Under the pieces are notes generated by a model. The model was given only the letters and a program-made list of their open reading frames with translations. It was not told the DNA's origin and made no database searches. From Octopus sinensis (lineage: Eukaryota), in the NCBI RefSeq assembly GCF_006345805.1, contig NC_043003.1, forward strand, positions 1,922,001 to 1,986,000: a stretch of 64,000 nucleotides of DNA, given 5' to 3'. This document shows, one piece after another, positions 49,301 through 63,250 of this stretch (the stretch's first letter is position 1; every line of letters begins with the position of its first letter). The position numbers were made by a program, and so were the translations under genes.

Positions 49301-50787
49301 GGCGCGTGGTTTAGTAGTTAGGGCATTCGGCTCACGACTGTAAGGTCGTGAGTTCAATTCCCGGCGACGCGTTGTGTCCTTGAGCAAGGCACTTTATTTC
49401 ATGTTGCTCAAGTTCACTCAGCTGGCAAAAATGAGTTGTACCTGTATTTCAAAGGGCCAACCTTGTCACACTCTGTGTCACGCTGAATCTCCCTGAGAAC
49501 TACGTTAAGGGTGCACATGTCTATGGAGTGCTCAGCCACTTTCACATTAATTTCACAAGCAAGCTGTTCTGTTGATCGAATCAGCTGGGACCCTCGCCGT
49601 CAGGGAAGAAGGTTTCGTTTTTATTTTTTTATTTTTTAGTTAGCAGCATCTTAGGCGTCATGGGTTCGCTCCTAGCAATCGATGCTGAAGTCAGTTTTAT
49701 TTGCCGGTTCATGAGTTATATCTAGTATCACCTTAGAACCGGAAAACTCCATTAGCTTACTCGTTTACTGGTTTCAGTCATTTGACTGCGGTCATGCTGG
49801 AGCACCGCCTTTAGTCGAACAAACGGACCCCAGGACTTATTCTTTGTGAGCCTAGTACTTATCTTATCCAACTCTTTTGTCGAACCGCTAGGTTATCGAA
49901 ACGTAAACACACCAACATCGGTTGTGAGGCGATGGAGGGGGGGAAGCACAGACACACAAATACACACACACACACATATACGACGGGCTTCTTTCAGTTT
50001 CCGTCTACCAAATCCACTCACAAGGCTTTGGTCGACCCGAGGCTATAGTAGAAGACACTTGTCCAAGGTGCCATGTAGTGAGACTGAACCCGGAACCACT
50101 CCTGCGCCTTGTTCTTGTTTTTGGTTTTCTTTTCGTTTTTCTGTGTAGAAAGTTCTCAAAAAATGGGCGTCAGGAGGACTTGTTTATATATGGTGGCCCC
50201 ACCCAAATGCCTCTCTGGCCATATTTAGCAAAAAGCGACGATGAGTGGAGGTGCGCGGCTTGGTGGTTAGGGGTATTCCCTTTGCGATCGTAAGATCGTG
50301 AGTTCAATTCCCAGCGACGCCTTGTGTCCTTGAGCAAGACACTTCACTTCATGTTGTTCTAATCCACTCACCTGGCAAAATAATTAAGCAAGACACTTCA
50401 TTTCACATTGCTCCAGTCCACTCAGCTGGCAAAAATGAGTAGTACCTGTATTTCAAAGTGCCAGCCTTGTCACACTCTGCGTCATGCTGAATCTCCCAGA
50501 GAACTACGTTAAGGGTACACGTGTCTGTGGAGTACTCAGCCACTTGCACGTTAATTTGATGAACAGGCTGTTCCGTTGATCGGATCAACTGTAATTCTCG
50601 TCGTCGTAAGCGACGGAGTGCCAGTTACATCTGGGATGCACTTCCCTTGTTTTCTGTGGTTAGGAAGTTCATTTGTAACTATGTGGTTTCGGGTTCAATC
50701 CAACAGCGCGAACCGTGGGAAAAATGTTTTCTACTGCAGTCCTGGGTCGAGCAATTCGTTGGTTAGCGGAAACTTTGTAGAAGCATA

Positions 50788-50820
<33 letters not shown>

Positions 50821-52175
50821 GTGTGTGTGTGTGTGCGTGTGTGTAAACTAAGCAAAAACACCCGTCACTGACTGGGTTGAAAGAAGCTGCCAAAATTGTA
50901 CTCTGAATATTGAAAGTTATTTACTTAGATTGTATTGAACGTATATAAGAAATGGTTGTTAACTTTCATGTAGACGATAGAGATGTTTTTTTGTGTTCTG
51001 GCCAATATTATCGTGGGTGCATATAAACTTCTAATCTATGATCTATAGTATTTCGGTCTATAAATGAAGCAAACATCGCTGATGTCTAGTCTTTTATGAT
51101 AAAAGGCAGATTTTCTCTGCCTCCCAAATCGTTCGTTTTTTATACAATTGTACAATATAGAATTTTATACAATTGTAAAATATAGAATTTCTTCAATTGG
51201 AATTTACCTATGATTTTTCCAAGTAGATTCCAAGTAGTTTTTTCAATTTGACCCCCAATTAAGCAAAAATTCGAGAAAACTCAATATTTTACGATTTGCC
51301 TCTCTCATTTCAAGTGCTTCACTCCTTCCATTACCGCTACACTTTCTCCTCCTTTCTCTTTGTAAGTGTGCAACAATTAAAGTGAAAGTATTTATATAAC
51401 AGGGATGAGCCATTAATACTGGCCATCCTTTTTGCTGGAGGAAGATCAGCTATGGTCTTATATGCTACACCACTGGTTTTCAATTCATATTAATCAAATT
51501 AATATTCAATTTTTCACCCTTATTATGTGTGTGTGTGTATTAGCAATTCGTATAAAATTGCATCAATGATTTGAACTTGAATAAGTGGTTTCACATAAAT
51601 GGAGATAAATTAAAAAGGTTTGTTGTTATTATTATTACTGTTTGACTATTGTAATCACGTTTGTTGGTTCCTCATCAGGGAAACGTTGTTGTGTTGAATT
51701 TGTTAAATAATTGTAAACCGTAATACTCCCCCTTTCGCAGAAGGGGCTTTGGTTATTGTTTCAAAATTGAATTGTGTCCCTGTTTGGGGAAATTGACAAT
51801 ATTTTCACCGTCTTTACGGAAGCATTTTTGTTAAATGCCTTCGATAGAAGAAAGTCCAAAAATGAATTTCGCTGCAGCCGTACACTTCTATACAAGAGGG
51901 AGGACAAGATCCAATTGATCGAAATTGCAAGAGACAGGCCTACAATTCCAGTCTGTTATATATTTTGAGTATTGTTATCACTAGCGATATCAAGATATAA
52001 CTTTGTATTTTGTATTTTATGTGTAGATGTATATATATATAGATGTGCATGTAATATGTACACATATATATATACACATATATACATGCATAATATATCT
52101 ACCCATACACACACGTACACACACACACACACACACACACATACATAGGGGCAGGTGTGGCTGTGTGGTAAAAAA

Positions 52176-52813
52176 CTACGTTCGAAGATACTGTACTTGA
52201 TATGGGCGGTAGTGCCTTGCCGGTCTATGGCCTACCTTCAACAAACCGGGAAGGCACAAACACTCTGTCTTCACATTTGCTGCGTGAGACATGTTTTAAT
52301 GTTGATGAGCTTGCCGAGTACATAGCCGACAATGAGCCAAAGCTCCTTCCAGAACACAAGTTCGCTTACAACTCCGTTGTTAATTCAGTCCGGGCCAAAG
52401 CTGTGGGGATATTTTTCCTGGACGCTCCTGGGGGCACTGGGAAAACTTTTCTCAACAAATTAATATTGGCTGAGATTAGGCGAACACAAGGCATTGCCCT
52501 AGCTGTGGCATCATCTGGAATTGCGGCTACTTTGTTGCCAGGCGGCAGGACAGCTCACTCCACTTTCAAGCTTCCGCTTGACTTAGCGAAGACTGAGACA
52601 CCAACTTGCAACATCAGTAACAGCTCCGATCAGGCAGAAGTCTTCAGACCATGCAAGCTTATCGTTTGGGATGAATGCACGATGGCCTATAGAGGTGCTC
52701 TTAAGGCACTAGATAGATCTCTCAGAGACATCAAACACTCTTCAGCTCCCATGGGAGGCATAACACTTCTTCTTTCAGGGGATTTCCGACAAACACTTCC
52801 CGTTATTCCCAAG
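52176..52813 (+). pseudogene. Helitron Pif1-family helicase fragment
   Basis: FFLDAPGGTGKTF (Walker A), AVASSGIAATLL.GGRTAHS.FKLP, LIVWDECTM and GDFRQTLPV. Truncated; the ORF runs into another repeat. Confidence 0.92.
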
Positions 52814-53339
52814 TACGAAGCACGAGTACATGGAATATGAACAATTCTTTCGAACAACGAAAGACACAAATGGAAAACAAAGCAAACAACATAAAGAACG
52901 ACCCTTCATCAGTTGTTGGCTGTTTTTCAAGTCTCGTGCGCCCGAGTGCGCGCGTGTGTGTGTGTGTTTGTCAATGTAACTTAGCAGTTCACCAAAAGAG
53001 GCCAATACAATAAGTGCTAGGCTTACAAAGAATAAGTCCTGTGGTCGATTTGTTTGACTAAAGGCGGTGCTCCAGCATGGCAGCAGTCAAATGACTGAAA
53101 CAAGTAAAAGAATAAAAGAATATAAATACGATAATGGTAGAGGAGGAGGAGGGGAGACTCAAAAGATATAAAAATAATATTTTAATTGTCGTCTGTTGTG
53201 AGGCAAACAAAGTGTATTTTGGGGCCGGCGAGAGGCGTCTGCCATCTTGAGTTTAGGACACTCCTGCGACTGATATTGTAATCCTAGATACCATTTCAAA
53301 GACGGGATTGTCACTGCTGGTCTTGGCTGGACCACCATT

Positions 53340-53560
53340 GACCACCATCGCCGCCGCCATCACATCCACCACCACCACCACCACCACCACCGACACCACC
53401 ACCGACACCACCATCGACACCACCACCGACACCACCACCACCACCACCATCGACACCACCACCGACTCCACCACCACCACCACCACCATAACCACCGCCA
53501 TGGCCGCCACCACATCCACCACCACAATCCCCATCACATCCACCACCGCATTCGTTATAA
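53340..53560. repeat. (ACC)n degenerate trinucleotide repeat
   Basis: Direct inspection. Confidence 0.9.
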
Positions 53561-55833
53561 CAATGACATCAAGCACATTATTTCTAAAAGTTGTATTAAC
53601 AACGACTGCAAAAACTACAGCAACAAAAAACGCGGCAGCAGCAGCAGCAGCGATGTTGTTGCTATTGCATGTTACAATTACAACCACCAAGAACAACAAC
53701 AACAACATGAACAGTAACAGAAGGAGTCTTCTGTGTAGTCACCTGTTCTACTGAAATAACAGTCAAATCCCCCTCAAATCACTCTCATCGTCTTAAAAAA
53801 AGAACGGACACATTGAATAATTTAGTTCTAGATATTCAAAGAAGATAGGGTAGTGATAGTCACAGTTGGAACGCTTCTAACCAAATATCCCATTCATAGC
53901 AACAGAAACAGTTATTAATATCAAGGCAATGTTTATCTCCAACTTAACGTTGCAGTTGTGTTAGAACATAGAACACGGCTACGTTTACCTTGAGAGAACC
54001 TAAGGGTACCATTCGAGTGTGATCGTCACCAGCGTCGCCTTACTGGCACTTGTGCCCGTGTTAGTAGGGTGCCAAGAGCACTATCCAAGCGTGATCGTTG
54101 CCAGAGCAGCCAACTGGCTTCCGTGCCAGTGGCACATAAAAGAGCACCATTCGAGCGTGATCGTTACCAGCATCGCCTTACTGGCACCTGTGCCGGTGGC
54201 ATGCGTAAAAAGATTCGAGTGAGGTCGTTGCCAGTACCGCCTGACTGGCCCCCGTTCCGGTGGCACGTAAAAAGCACCCACTACACTCTCAGAGTGGTTG
54301 GCGGTAAGGAGGGCATCCAGCTGTAGAAACACTGCCAGATCAAGATTGGGGCCTGGTGCAGCCATCTGGTTCGCCAGCCCTCAGTCAAAATCGTCCAACC
54401 CATGCTAACATGGAAAGCGGACGTTAAACGATGATGATGATGATGAGATACGGATCTTTGTGGTTTTGTCAGTCTGTAATTTTGTTCCAACTGTTTTCAA
54501 ATTTGATATATGGATTAAGCTTAGTATACTAATTATGAAAATGAAATTTATTTTCCCTGTAAATTCATAATTAAAAAAGTTATTAGCCTTTAAAATTTGC
54601 AAAATTTGGGTATTTTAGCCAACCAGAAGCGAGTATTTTAGGCATCGCCGTGGCGAAGAAGTCTGTATAGTAATCATAGCAGAGAAGCACCACGTGTTTC
54701 ATAGCTGATTGCAAAGAACTGTTTCCATAGGAACCAAAGATGCTGCGCATTGCACAAAGAGAGTAACCACCACTTGTTCTATAATTGTTTGTTTTCATAA
54801 CAGATGGAACTCAACAATTTTAGTTTAATGTTTTGACATGCCGATGTCCCCACCCCCACCCCCTGATGATAGAAGAGGCAGCGAACGAGCTGTTTTCTGA
54901 TTGGCTGAAAATTCTGAAAATTATTAAACTTTGAACACCTGTAACATTTTTGCAACATTTTTCTGGAATAAATAAATAAGAAATTCGGATTCAGCGTCAA
55001 AAATTACATTTTTATGATACGTTAAAAATTTTGTTTTAAAGGTAATTGTAAAGGAAAACCACAATGATCCATATATTCTTTTACTCTTTTACTTGTTTCA
55101 GTCATTTGACTGCGGCCATGCTGGAGCACCGCCTTTAGTCGAGCAAATCGACCCCGGGACTTATTCTTTGTAAACCTAGTACTTATTCTATCGGTCTCTT
55201 TTGCCGAACTGCTAAACACACCAGCATCGGTTGTCAAGCGATGTTGTGGGGACAAATACAGACACACACATATATATACATATACATATATACGACTGGC
55301 TTCTTTCAGTTTCTGTCTACCAAATCCACTCACAAGGCTTTGGTCAGCCCGGGACTGCTATGAACCCGGAACCATGTGGTTGGTAAGCAAGCTACTTACC
55401 ACACAGTCACTCCTGCACCTATATAATTACGCATGTTTTTATGCATCACGAGTCGACGTGAGAGCTCTTGTCAATGTAAATAATGCAGCACGATGTGTTT
55501 TAATACAATCTCAATGTTAAGTTGAAGATCAAGATAAGCAAATATTTATTTGTACAATCAGCGCTGACAAAATAGATTTGAAGAAAACCAACAGTCACAG
55601 TTATGGCATATGGGTGGTAGGTGAAGCAGAGGTGTAAAATGAACAAACATTTATTTTCTTTCGTCGATATTTGTTTCACCTGCAAAGAAAATGGATTTCA
55701 CAGCGATTTACCACGGACAAAAAAATTCTCGCTGTCGGCAAAAGGCGTTAAAAAGCGCAAACTCATTTCAGAATGCCCCCAGTCAACCGGTAGATACATT
55801 TTGAACAAGGATTAGGTAAACATATTTGAATTA

Positions 55834-55905
55834 CAGGCAAATGGCATAGTGGTTCAGAGTGCGGGCTACTAACCCCAAGATTCCGAGTTCGATTCCAGGC
55901 AGTGA

Positions 55906-55944
<39 letters not shown>

Positions 55945-56117
55945 CAACAACAACAACAACAACAACATCGAAAAATACCTTAGGAATGTGAACCCAGGTT
56001 CGAAATTTCCCCCAAGACACCTGATGAAGGCTGGAGGATATATCAGCCGAAATATTGTGTTACCAACAAACAAGATGAGGACAAATACCCGTCAAATGTA
56101 AATAATGTAAATAATGT
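55834..56117 (+). mobile_element. Full-length tRNA-headed SINE carrying a minimal hammerhead
   Basis: tRNA-like head 55836-55907, (AAT)n(AAC)n, hammerhead 56016-56061, ATGTAAATA tandem tail and 12-bp TSD ATATTTGAATTA. Confidence 0.85.
56016..56061 (+). ncRNA. Minimal type I hammerhead ribozyme motif
   Basis: GACAC-CTGATGA-A-GGCTG..CAGCC-GAAA-TA-TT-GTGTT. Confidence 0.75.
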
Positions 56118-57000
56118 ATATTTGAATTAATCTAAAAGTTTGGTTATTTTACCCGACTGCTTCGAGCATTCCTCATACATTTTGTTCCGGCCTGGCAACC
56201 AAAGCGTGCGAGCACTGATAATTTCGACTGATTTCTTATAAAGGAGCGATGACTCCCAATCAGTTTACGGTTGCCCAGCTTGATATCTGGGACTGATGAG
56301 CGCATTAAAAGCCCGAAATGCAATTACCAGTCCATAGGAAGCACTCTGAACTGATATTTTATTTTAAACACCATTTGCCAAAAGCGAAATTTTTTCTCAT
56401 CGGCAAACCACAATGAAAATACATTTTACTGCTTAAATATATCCCAAACATTCAAACTGATCATGAGTTTGATTATAAACAACGATAAATTGTTCGTTCT
56501 TCCTGCCTACCTATGCTCCTTTGTCTATCTGTCTGACAATCTGTTTACCTGCAGCCTGTCTCCCCGCCTCTCTCTCTTTTTCTCAGATGAAGGGACAGCT
56601 CTGAAACGTCGCATTGCTTCTCCCTCGTGGCAAACGGATCTATTCAGTACCTATTTCTTTACTATCCACAAGGGGCTAAACACAGAGAGGACAAACAAGG
56701 ACAGACAAACGGATTAAGTCGATTACATCGACCCCAGTGCGTAACTGGTACTTAATTTATCGACCCCGAAAGGATGAAAGGCAAAGTCAACCTCAGCGGA
56801 ATTTGAACTCAGAACATAACAGCAGACGAAATACGAATTTCTTTATTGCCCACCGGGGGCCAAACATAGATATGGACAGTACAACTGATGGGATCAGTGA
56901 ATCGATATGATTTTACATAAATGTGACATCAAAAATAAAATACAATACATAAAAATCGAATGGAATACACAGTACAAAAACAATACAAATGAAGCGATGA

Positions 57001-60000
57001 TCAAGTTACGCTCCGATCCCACAAGCCCCGATCTACCGCTGATACCTTTTTATTTTTCCTTTTTTTTTTTTTTCCTCGTCTATTCACACGGTTCCTTGCA
57101 CGTACAACACTCGTGCAACATACTTCCATCTCTTTTGGAACGTACACTCTGACAGACACCTCTTCTCCAGCCACAGTTTCCTTTTCAAATGAAAAGAAAA
57201 AAAAGGATCGTAAATTGTCACCAGAGATAAAGTTGCCTGTCTTAATTCCTTTTATCCTAGTCTTCCATACAGCCTCTTTTGCTATTGCTACAACCGTGAG
57301 AAAACAATTCTTACCTTCGTTCGTTAGAACTCCCGGTGGGTCAATTTTTATAATTGACTCAGTCGACAGCCGTACTCTTCCTTCGCCGGACAACAGATGT
57401 TCAGCATAAGCCCACATTTCAGTTATCTCCGGACACTGAACAATAGCGTGAGGGACGGTTTCCCTGTCCCCCCCGCATCTTGGACAGGTCGGCGACTGAC
57501 GTTTACCATGTCTTGCGAGCTTATCCCAAACGGGCAAGGCACCTCTGTAGCATTGCCAGGTTAAGGACTTTTGGAAGTTGTCCAACGTTCTCAACCCGAA
57601 TGTACGATGAAACAAGCTGTCCAGTTGAATAAATCCGAGACCTAGAGTCGACCCCAGGCCATCGTCGCATTCAGACTCTACCAACCCACTATATAAAATC
57701 CGTGTGGAACCCCCACCGCTGGCGTTGCCCGAGCGCCGGAACAGCAAGAGGGCCTTACGGCACTCTTTATGCCACTCACTCGACCTCGGTCTACGAGAAC
57801 ACCAGGCTTCCTGTTCGCAAAAACTCTTGAACTGAGGGAACATTTGTCTGGCCAGCGGAGACCACACCCGTTCACTATCCAGGAGAATCCAGAGGTGCCT
57901 CAACCTCAACGCATCATTAACCAAGGCATCCCTAAACCTCCATTTAAAGGCTTTTGACAGCAGACAGAGCGTTTCACAAGTGGCGACCTGCCCTTCCTCA
58001 AAAAGCGAAAGAGCTGTCTCTCCAACCTGATCAACCACGAATCCGGACAGGGCACGACGGTCAGGCGGTAGGTAATGACCGATGCGATAAACACATTGGC
58101 CACTTCCGCCCTCCCTTTCAGGGATAGCCACCGCCAAGACCAGGTCTTGACTACTGCAGCCACCCTGCTCAATACCTCCGTCCAGTTCTTCTCTATCTGG
58201 AGGCCTGGTCCAAACCAGACTCCCAGCAACTTAACCGGTCCCTCCGTCCAGCGCCTAACAACACTGTCTGAAGGCATCGACTTGCCAACCCAGGTGCCGA
58301 GCAGCAAGCCGACCGACTTTTCCCCGTTAATCTTTGCTCCTGCTACCTCCTCGTAAGCCTCAATAGTCTTACCTACTTCACGTAGGCGTGCCACTGTGGT
58401 TACACTGATAGTGATATCATCCGCGAAAGCCGTAACAAACTCCTCTAGTCCTGGTTCTCTCGGGATGCCACTCAACCTTTGCAGTAATGGCTCGAGAGCC
58501 ATCACATACAAAAGTGGTGAAAGCGGACATCCTTGACGAACCGAGCGTCTGATGCAGAACGGCTTCGAAAGGAAACCGTTCACCCGAACTATCGAGTCAA
58601 TGTTGTGGTACAAAGCGATAAACCACCTGAGGAAGCCAAGGCCCAGGCCAAACCGCGCAAGTACAGTCGCTAGGTATCGATGGTCAACCCTATCAAAAGC
58701 TTTAGACTGGTCCAAATGCACCAATGCCCCACCTTTGCCAGATTTATTACCAAACCTCTCTATGGTATAGCGAATAAGATGGAGGGTATCCTGAATGGTT
58801 CTGCCTGGGATGGCATATGTCTGTGCCTCCCCGACTATACCATTCGCGACACGCGCCAACCTTTTTGCTAGAACCTTGGCCAAAATCTTCACTTCTGCGT
58901 TTAACAGAGTGATGGGCCTGAAATTCTCTAGAACGTCCCCCTTGTCCGGGTCCTTTCTGACCAACGTCACTACTCCTCGGCGCACAGATCTGGGGATAAA
59001 CCCATTCTGTTTCCAGTTCGCGTACACGTCAGTCAGTAGTTGCCCGAACAAGTCTGGCATACATTTATACAGCTCGTACGGAAGACCATCAAGTCCCGGT
59101 GACTTACCCGCTTTACAATCGGCCAAAGCCTCCATCACCTCCTCAGGTGTGATTGGCCCTTCGCAAGACTCCGCATCCGACCCCGAGAGGCACGGCAGCC
59201 CGGTAAGAAAGTCCTCGAGGGCTCTCCCACCACCAGGACCGCCGTCACCCCCGAACAGCTGGGCGAAGTACTCCCGAAAGACCTCACACATTTTCTCGGG
59301 TTCGTTTATCAAGACACCATTTTGATTCGTCAAAGACCGAATAGAGGAACTATTTCCTTGCCGAGCTTCCACCACTCGGGCCCATCCAGCGGCTTTGATT
59401 CCTTCACTTCCCATTGCACGTAACTTAGCTCGGGTAATACTTCCCATGTGGTGGGATTCAAGATGCTGGTTTAACTCCAGTCTTTTCACCCTCGCTTGGT
59501 CTGTATTACCAGTCCTCCAGGCTTCTTCTAGTTCCTTAACTAGACCATCTCCTATTTTACGTCCCTTCTTAGCTAAACTTATGCTAAACCTAATAGACTT
59601 ATATTTGATGGCTCTTTTTAGGGCGTACCACCATTTGTTATTAATGATGGTACCTGTTAATGCCCTCTGTATTAACATCTTGATCCGCTTTCTGTACTCC
59701 TCAATCGCCAAAAGGGACGTATTGAGTTTCCAGTAGCCGGATTCCTGTCTATGCAACTTATCTACCGTCCGTTTACAGGTAACCATCTTGTGGTCACTGT
59801 AGCTGACTAGAAAAAACTGTGGACACTCAACTATGGACTTATCTTTTTCTCTAATTAATCTAGATATGTTCTGGTAGACCCGTCACTATTTGACCACGTC
59901 CACTGTGGAGTGTTCGGGTGCTCCAACCTATATGGATCTGCTAGCTGAAATTGACTTAGCAGATCCCGAAAGCCTGGGTTACATTTTCTGTTCATGTTCG

Positions 60001-60472
60001 AGTTTGAGCCAACACAATCTGTGTGTGCTGCACATATTGTATTAGAGTCTCCTAACACTACTAGTGAATGCGACGTGGCTAGGAACTTTCCTAGGCCACG
60101 AAAATATTCAGTTTGCGGGCCAATAATGTTTGGTGCGTAAATAGCGACCAGCCTGATTGTCTTGCCACAACTGAATGTCAAGTCGAGAACGACCAGCCTG
60201 CCTTCTGGGTCAGAAAAAACCAACTTTTTCTCGGCTACCCGGTTTCTTTTTAGTAGGACCAACACCCCACCCCCACCTCCCGCCCGACTCGGAGAAACGT
60301 ATTTCTCGTAGCCGTTCAGGAGGGGGAACAGATCTCTTGGCCCCTTCACCCGGGTTTCCGTTGCAACAATTACATCCAAATTTCTCGACCTGATGTCATT
60401 CAGAAAGCGTCCTTGCTTCCAGCTTGACAACAGGCCATGAACATTTAAACAACCAATGTGAATAGCCATCAC
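57001..60472 (-). pseudogene. Tx1 ORF2: APE endonuclease, reverse transcriptase and C-terminal zinc finger (disrupted)
   Basis: LNVHGL, IYAPN, KSPGLDGLPYELY, NFRPITLLN, LDQSKAFDRVDH, VRQGCPLSPLLY, FADD and CPRC..H..C, split over three ORFs. Confidence 0.95.
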
Positions 60473-60480
60473 TTACCTGT

Positions 60481-62001
60481 TTAATTAGGATTGTCCGGTG
60501 GAGGGGGACCCTCCACCTTTTTTTGATCCAGGGTCGGAGGTGGACGGTCTTGGGAAATAGATTTGTCAAAATCCCGTCTCACCACCGACACAGAATTATC
60601 AGGTGGAGGGGGAATCTCCACCTTTTCCTTTTCTCGCGGGATCGGAGCTGGTAATCCATGAAATATCGACTTGTTAAAATCTAATCTCAATGAAGATACA
60701 GTCTTTCTGTACTTATTTTGTAGAATTCTATAAGTCTTATTTGAGACTTCATATATGTCGTAATTGATAAATTCCTCTGAAAGGTTATCAATTTTTTTTA
60801 CAGTCTTTATGAGTTGAATGTCTCTCATGAGCTCAGTATCTTTAGTGTATACGGCTATTATGCCTTTTTCTTCTTTTTCTCTTCTGGCAGTCTTTTTTGG
60901 TCGTTGTTCTGTAGTAGTCGCCGCTCTCGGCTGGGTTGCTGGTTGTATTTTTCTTTTGTTTGTTGTTTTTTTTCTCATCTGTTTCTTTTTTATCTTCTTC
61001 CTCTTTGTCTTTTTTCTCCTCTTCTTCATTTTCCTTGCAGTTCCTTCGAATGTGGCCTAATTGACCACATAAAAAACATCGAGGTTTTCGGCCCTCAACA
61101 AACACCACGAGGTTCTCCTCCCCTACCTCAATTGTCTCAGGAATTGTTTGAATTATTTTAGGGTCCGCTTGAATGAGAAGATTAATTGTTTGACCATCCC
61201 AGCGTGGGTTTTCCGTAGCGGTAGCCTGGAGGAGAGTAATTTTTTCTACCTCTTTGATTAGGACTGCCGCCAACAACCACATAGGTTCGACCTCTGGCGG
61301 GACCCTTGTAATTTTTATTCGCGACGTCCTCATCCCCATATAATAGAGGATTAACTCCACGTCGTTCGTTTTCAACGTTTCAACTGAGTTCTTGTGTGCT
61401 ATTTCTTTATTGGTGAACCTTACTTCCACCGTTCCGAATTTTTTTCCTCTTCTCAGAAATACTACGTCGCCCAATATTGGCTTTAAGCACTTTTCTATTT
61501 TCTCTTCTGACATTCTTTCAATTTTTCTTTTTTGTAGACAATATGTTTTGAAATTTATTGTTTTTTGCTTTTCTTCCTGTAATAACTTTTGCGGAGGTTC
61601 AATTTTCACACCGTTGTCAGTTATTTCCATCATTTTGCTGTATTTCATAATTTCGCTTTTATTCGTCGACAGTATCTGGGTTCCACCCCCAGCAGCCAAC
61701 GCAAAACTTTTTTTCCATTTTTTGGTTCTATCTGGATGCTAGGCACATCAATTATTCTCTTCGACACAATGCCTTTGTTCTCTGGCAAAGTCGGAAACTC
61801 TTCTGGTGAAAGTTCTGACGAGCTCTCAGACACATCTCCAAAAATATCAAATATATTATCCTCTCTGCTATTCCTTCTTGTAGCGGGGGAAACCCCTATT
61901 TCCTTGTCTGTAGTTGGCTCCTCGCCGGACATGTATTTCCTCCTCTCAACAGGAGAAACAAGTATTTCTGCTCCAACGGTAGGCTCCATGCTAGACGACA
62001 T
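60481..62001 (-). pseudogene. Tx1 ORF1, gag-like with a CCHC knuckle (frameshifted)
   Basis: CFLCGQLGHIRRNC in 60842-61699. The overlapping ORFs 61645-62028 and 60481-61029 are probably parts of the same protein. Confidence 0.85.
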
Positions 62002-63070
62002 TCTTCCCCCCAAAGGGGGAATGAACAACGCGTGCTACCACAAGCACTAAGTGTTTTCAATTGAAAACTCCAACAGTTAAGTTATTCAACAGTTTAACAA
62101 GAAACAACAGTTATTAACAATATTAACACCAAGAAACAGCAATTCTTACCACGAACACATGTGCGACAGACGAAATACGGCTACGCATTTCGCCCGGCGT
62201 GCTAACCATTCTGCCAGCTCGCCGCCATTCAGTACCAGGAGCAACAATAACAGGTAAGACAATAGTAACATCAAAAACAACAGCAGCGGCAGCACCAGCA
62301 GTGGCAGCGGCAGCCATACTAGAACAGCAAGAAAAAAACTCTGAGCAGTAATGGACTTGCGTAATTATTTTACTTGGAAGAGGCAAAGATCTGCAGAGCT
62401 AAGTCTCCAGGAACATAACGGATGTCTCCAGAGAAATATTTATGCTTCCAGAAACATCCTCGTGTCTTCTGAAACACATGTCCATCATCCGAAGTAACGT
62501 ATGTCTCTTAGAACATAAATATGTCTCCAGAGACGTGCACTTCAAGAGACTGCAGAAACGGAACGAGGAGGTTTAACATGGTCACTCTCTATGCCAAAAA
62601 CAGCAGCCAAATTTGATCAAATCTTGAAAAACAGGACACATTCATCACACAGTGTAGTCCTAAATACACAAAAAGACGAGCTGTCCTTAGACCCACCATG
62701 ATCGTAAATCTGCTCTGTGAGGGCCGGTTAGGGTCTTGATAAAGATCACCCTCAACCGCTGCAACCACCAACAACAATGGCAACTGCAGTAACATAACAA
62801 CGGTGATGATGATGATTACCTATTTTTTCTGAAAGTTATAAAGAAACAAATTCGGTGAGGAATTACACTTGTGTAGGTAAGCGACAACTTTAGTAGGGAG
62901 GCCATTGTTTGCACGTGGATTGTTGAATTTCCTCTTAGATTCGATGACGTCACTGAATTACGTTGTTTTCTGAAACAGCGCTGGTTTCGTTATCCATGTT
63001 GTCATTCACAACATCACACTTCAATAGAGTTTCAAACGGAGTACTTAACGCTTGTCACGTATATAAATAA

Positions 63071-63071
<1 letters not shown>

Positions 63072-63101
<30 letters not shown>

Positions 63102-63212
63102 TGTATGTATGATGTATGTATGTATGTATGTATGTGTGTGTGTGTGTGTGTATGTATGTATCTGTGTGTGTGTGTATGTATGTATGTATGTATGTATGTA
63201 TGTATGTATGTA

Positions 63213-63245
<33 letters not shown>

Positions 63246-63250
63246 ATGTA
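63072..63250. repeat. (TATG)n/(TG)n microsatellite
   Basis: Direct inspection. Confidence 0.9.

Larger units (their letters stand above)
56836..62166 (-). mobile_element. Full-length Tx1-like (L1 clade) LINE inserted in a SINE
   Basis: 13-bp TSD CAGACGAAATACG (56823-56835 and 62167-62179). SINE halves at 56650-56835 and 62167-62226. ORF1 and ORF2 are present with frameshifts. Confidence 0.93.

Noticed and set aside
52202-52840. Host PIF1 helicase gene
   Set aside because: Intronless, truncated and with Helitron-type motifs; treated as a TE fragment.
53253-53754. Poly-Thr and poly-Val ORFs
   Set aside because: Trinucleotide repeats; no convincing splice signals were found.
55836-55907. tRNA gene
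   Set aside because: The acceptor stem is poor, there is no oligo-T terminator, and it lies within a TSD-flanked SINE. The same applies to the other SINE heads.
56287-56330. CTGATGA..GAAA hammerhead-like motif
   Set aside because: No UH triplet in register and weak stems; at best a decayed relic.
56584-56612. CAGATGA..GAAACGTC hammerhead-like motif
   Set aside because: The core is mutated and stem I does not pair; a possible relic but not supportable.
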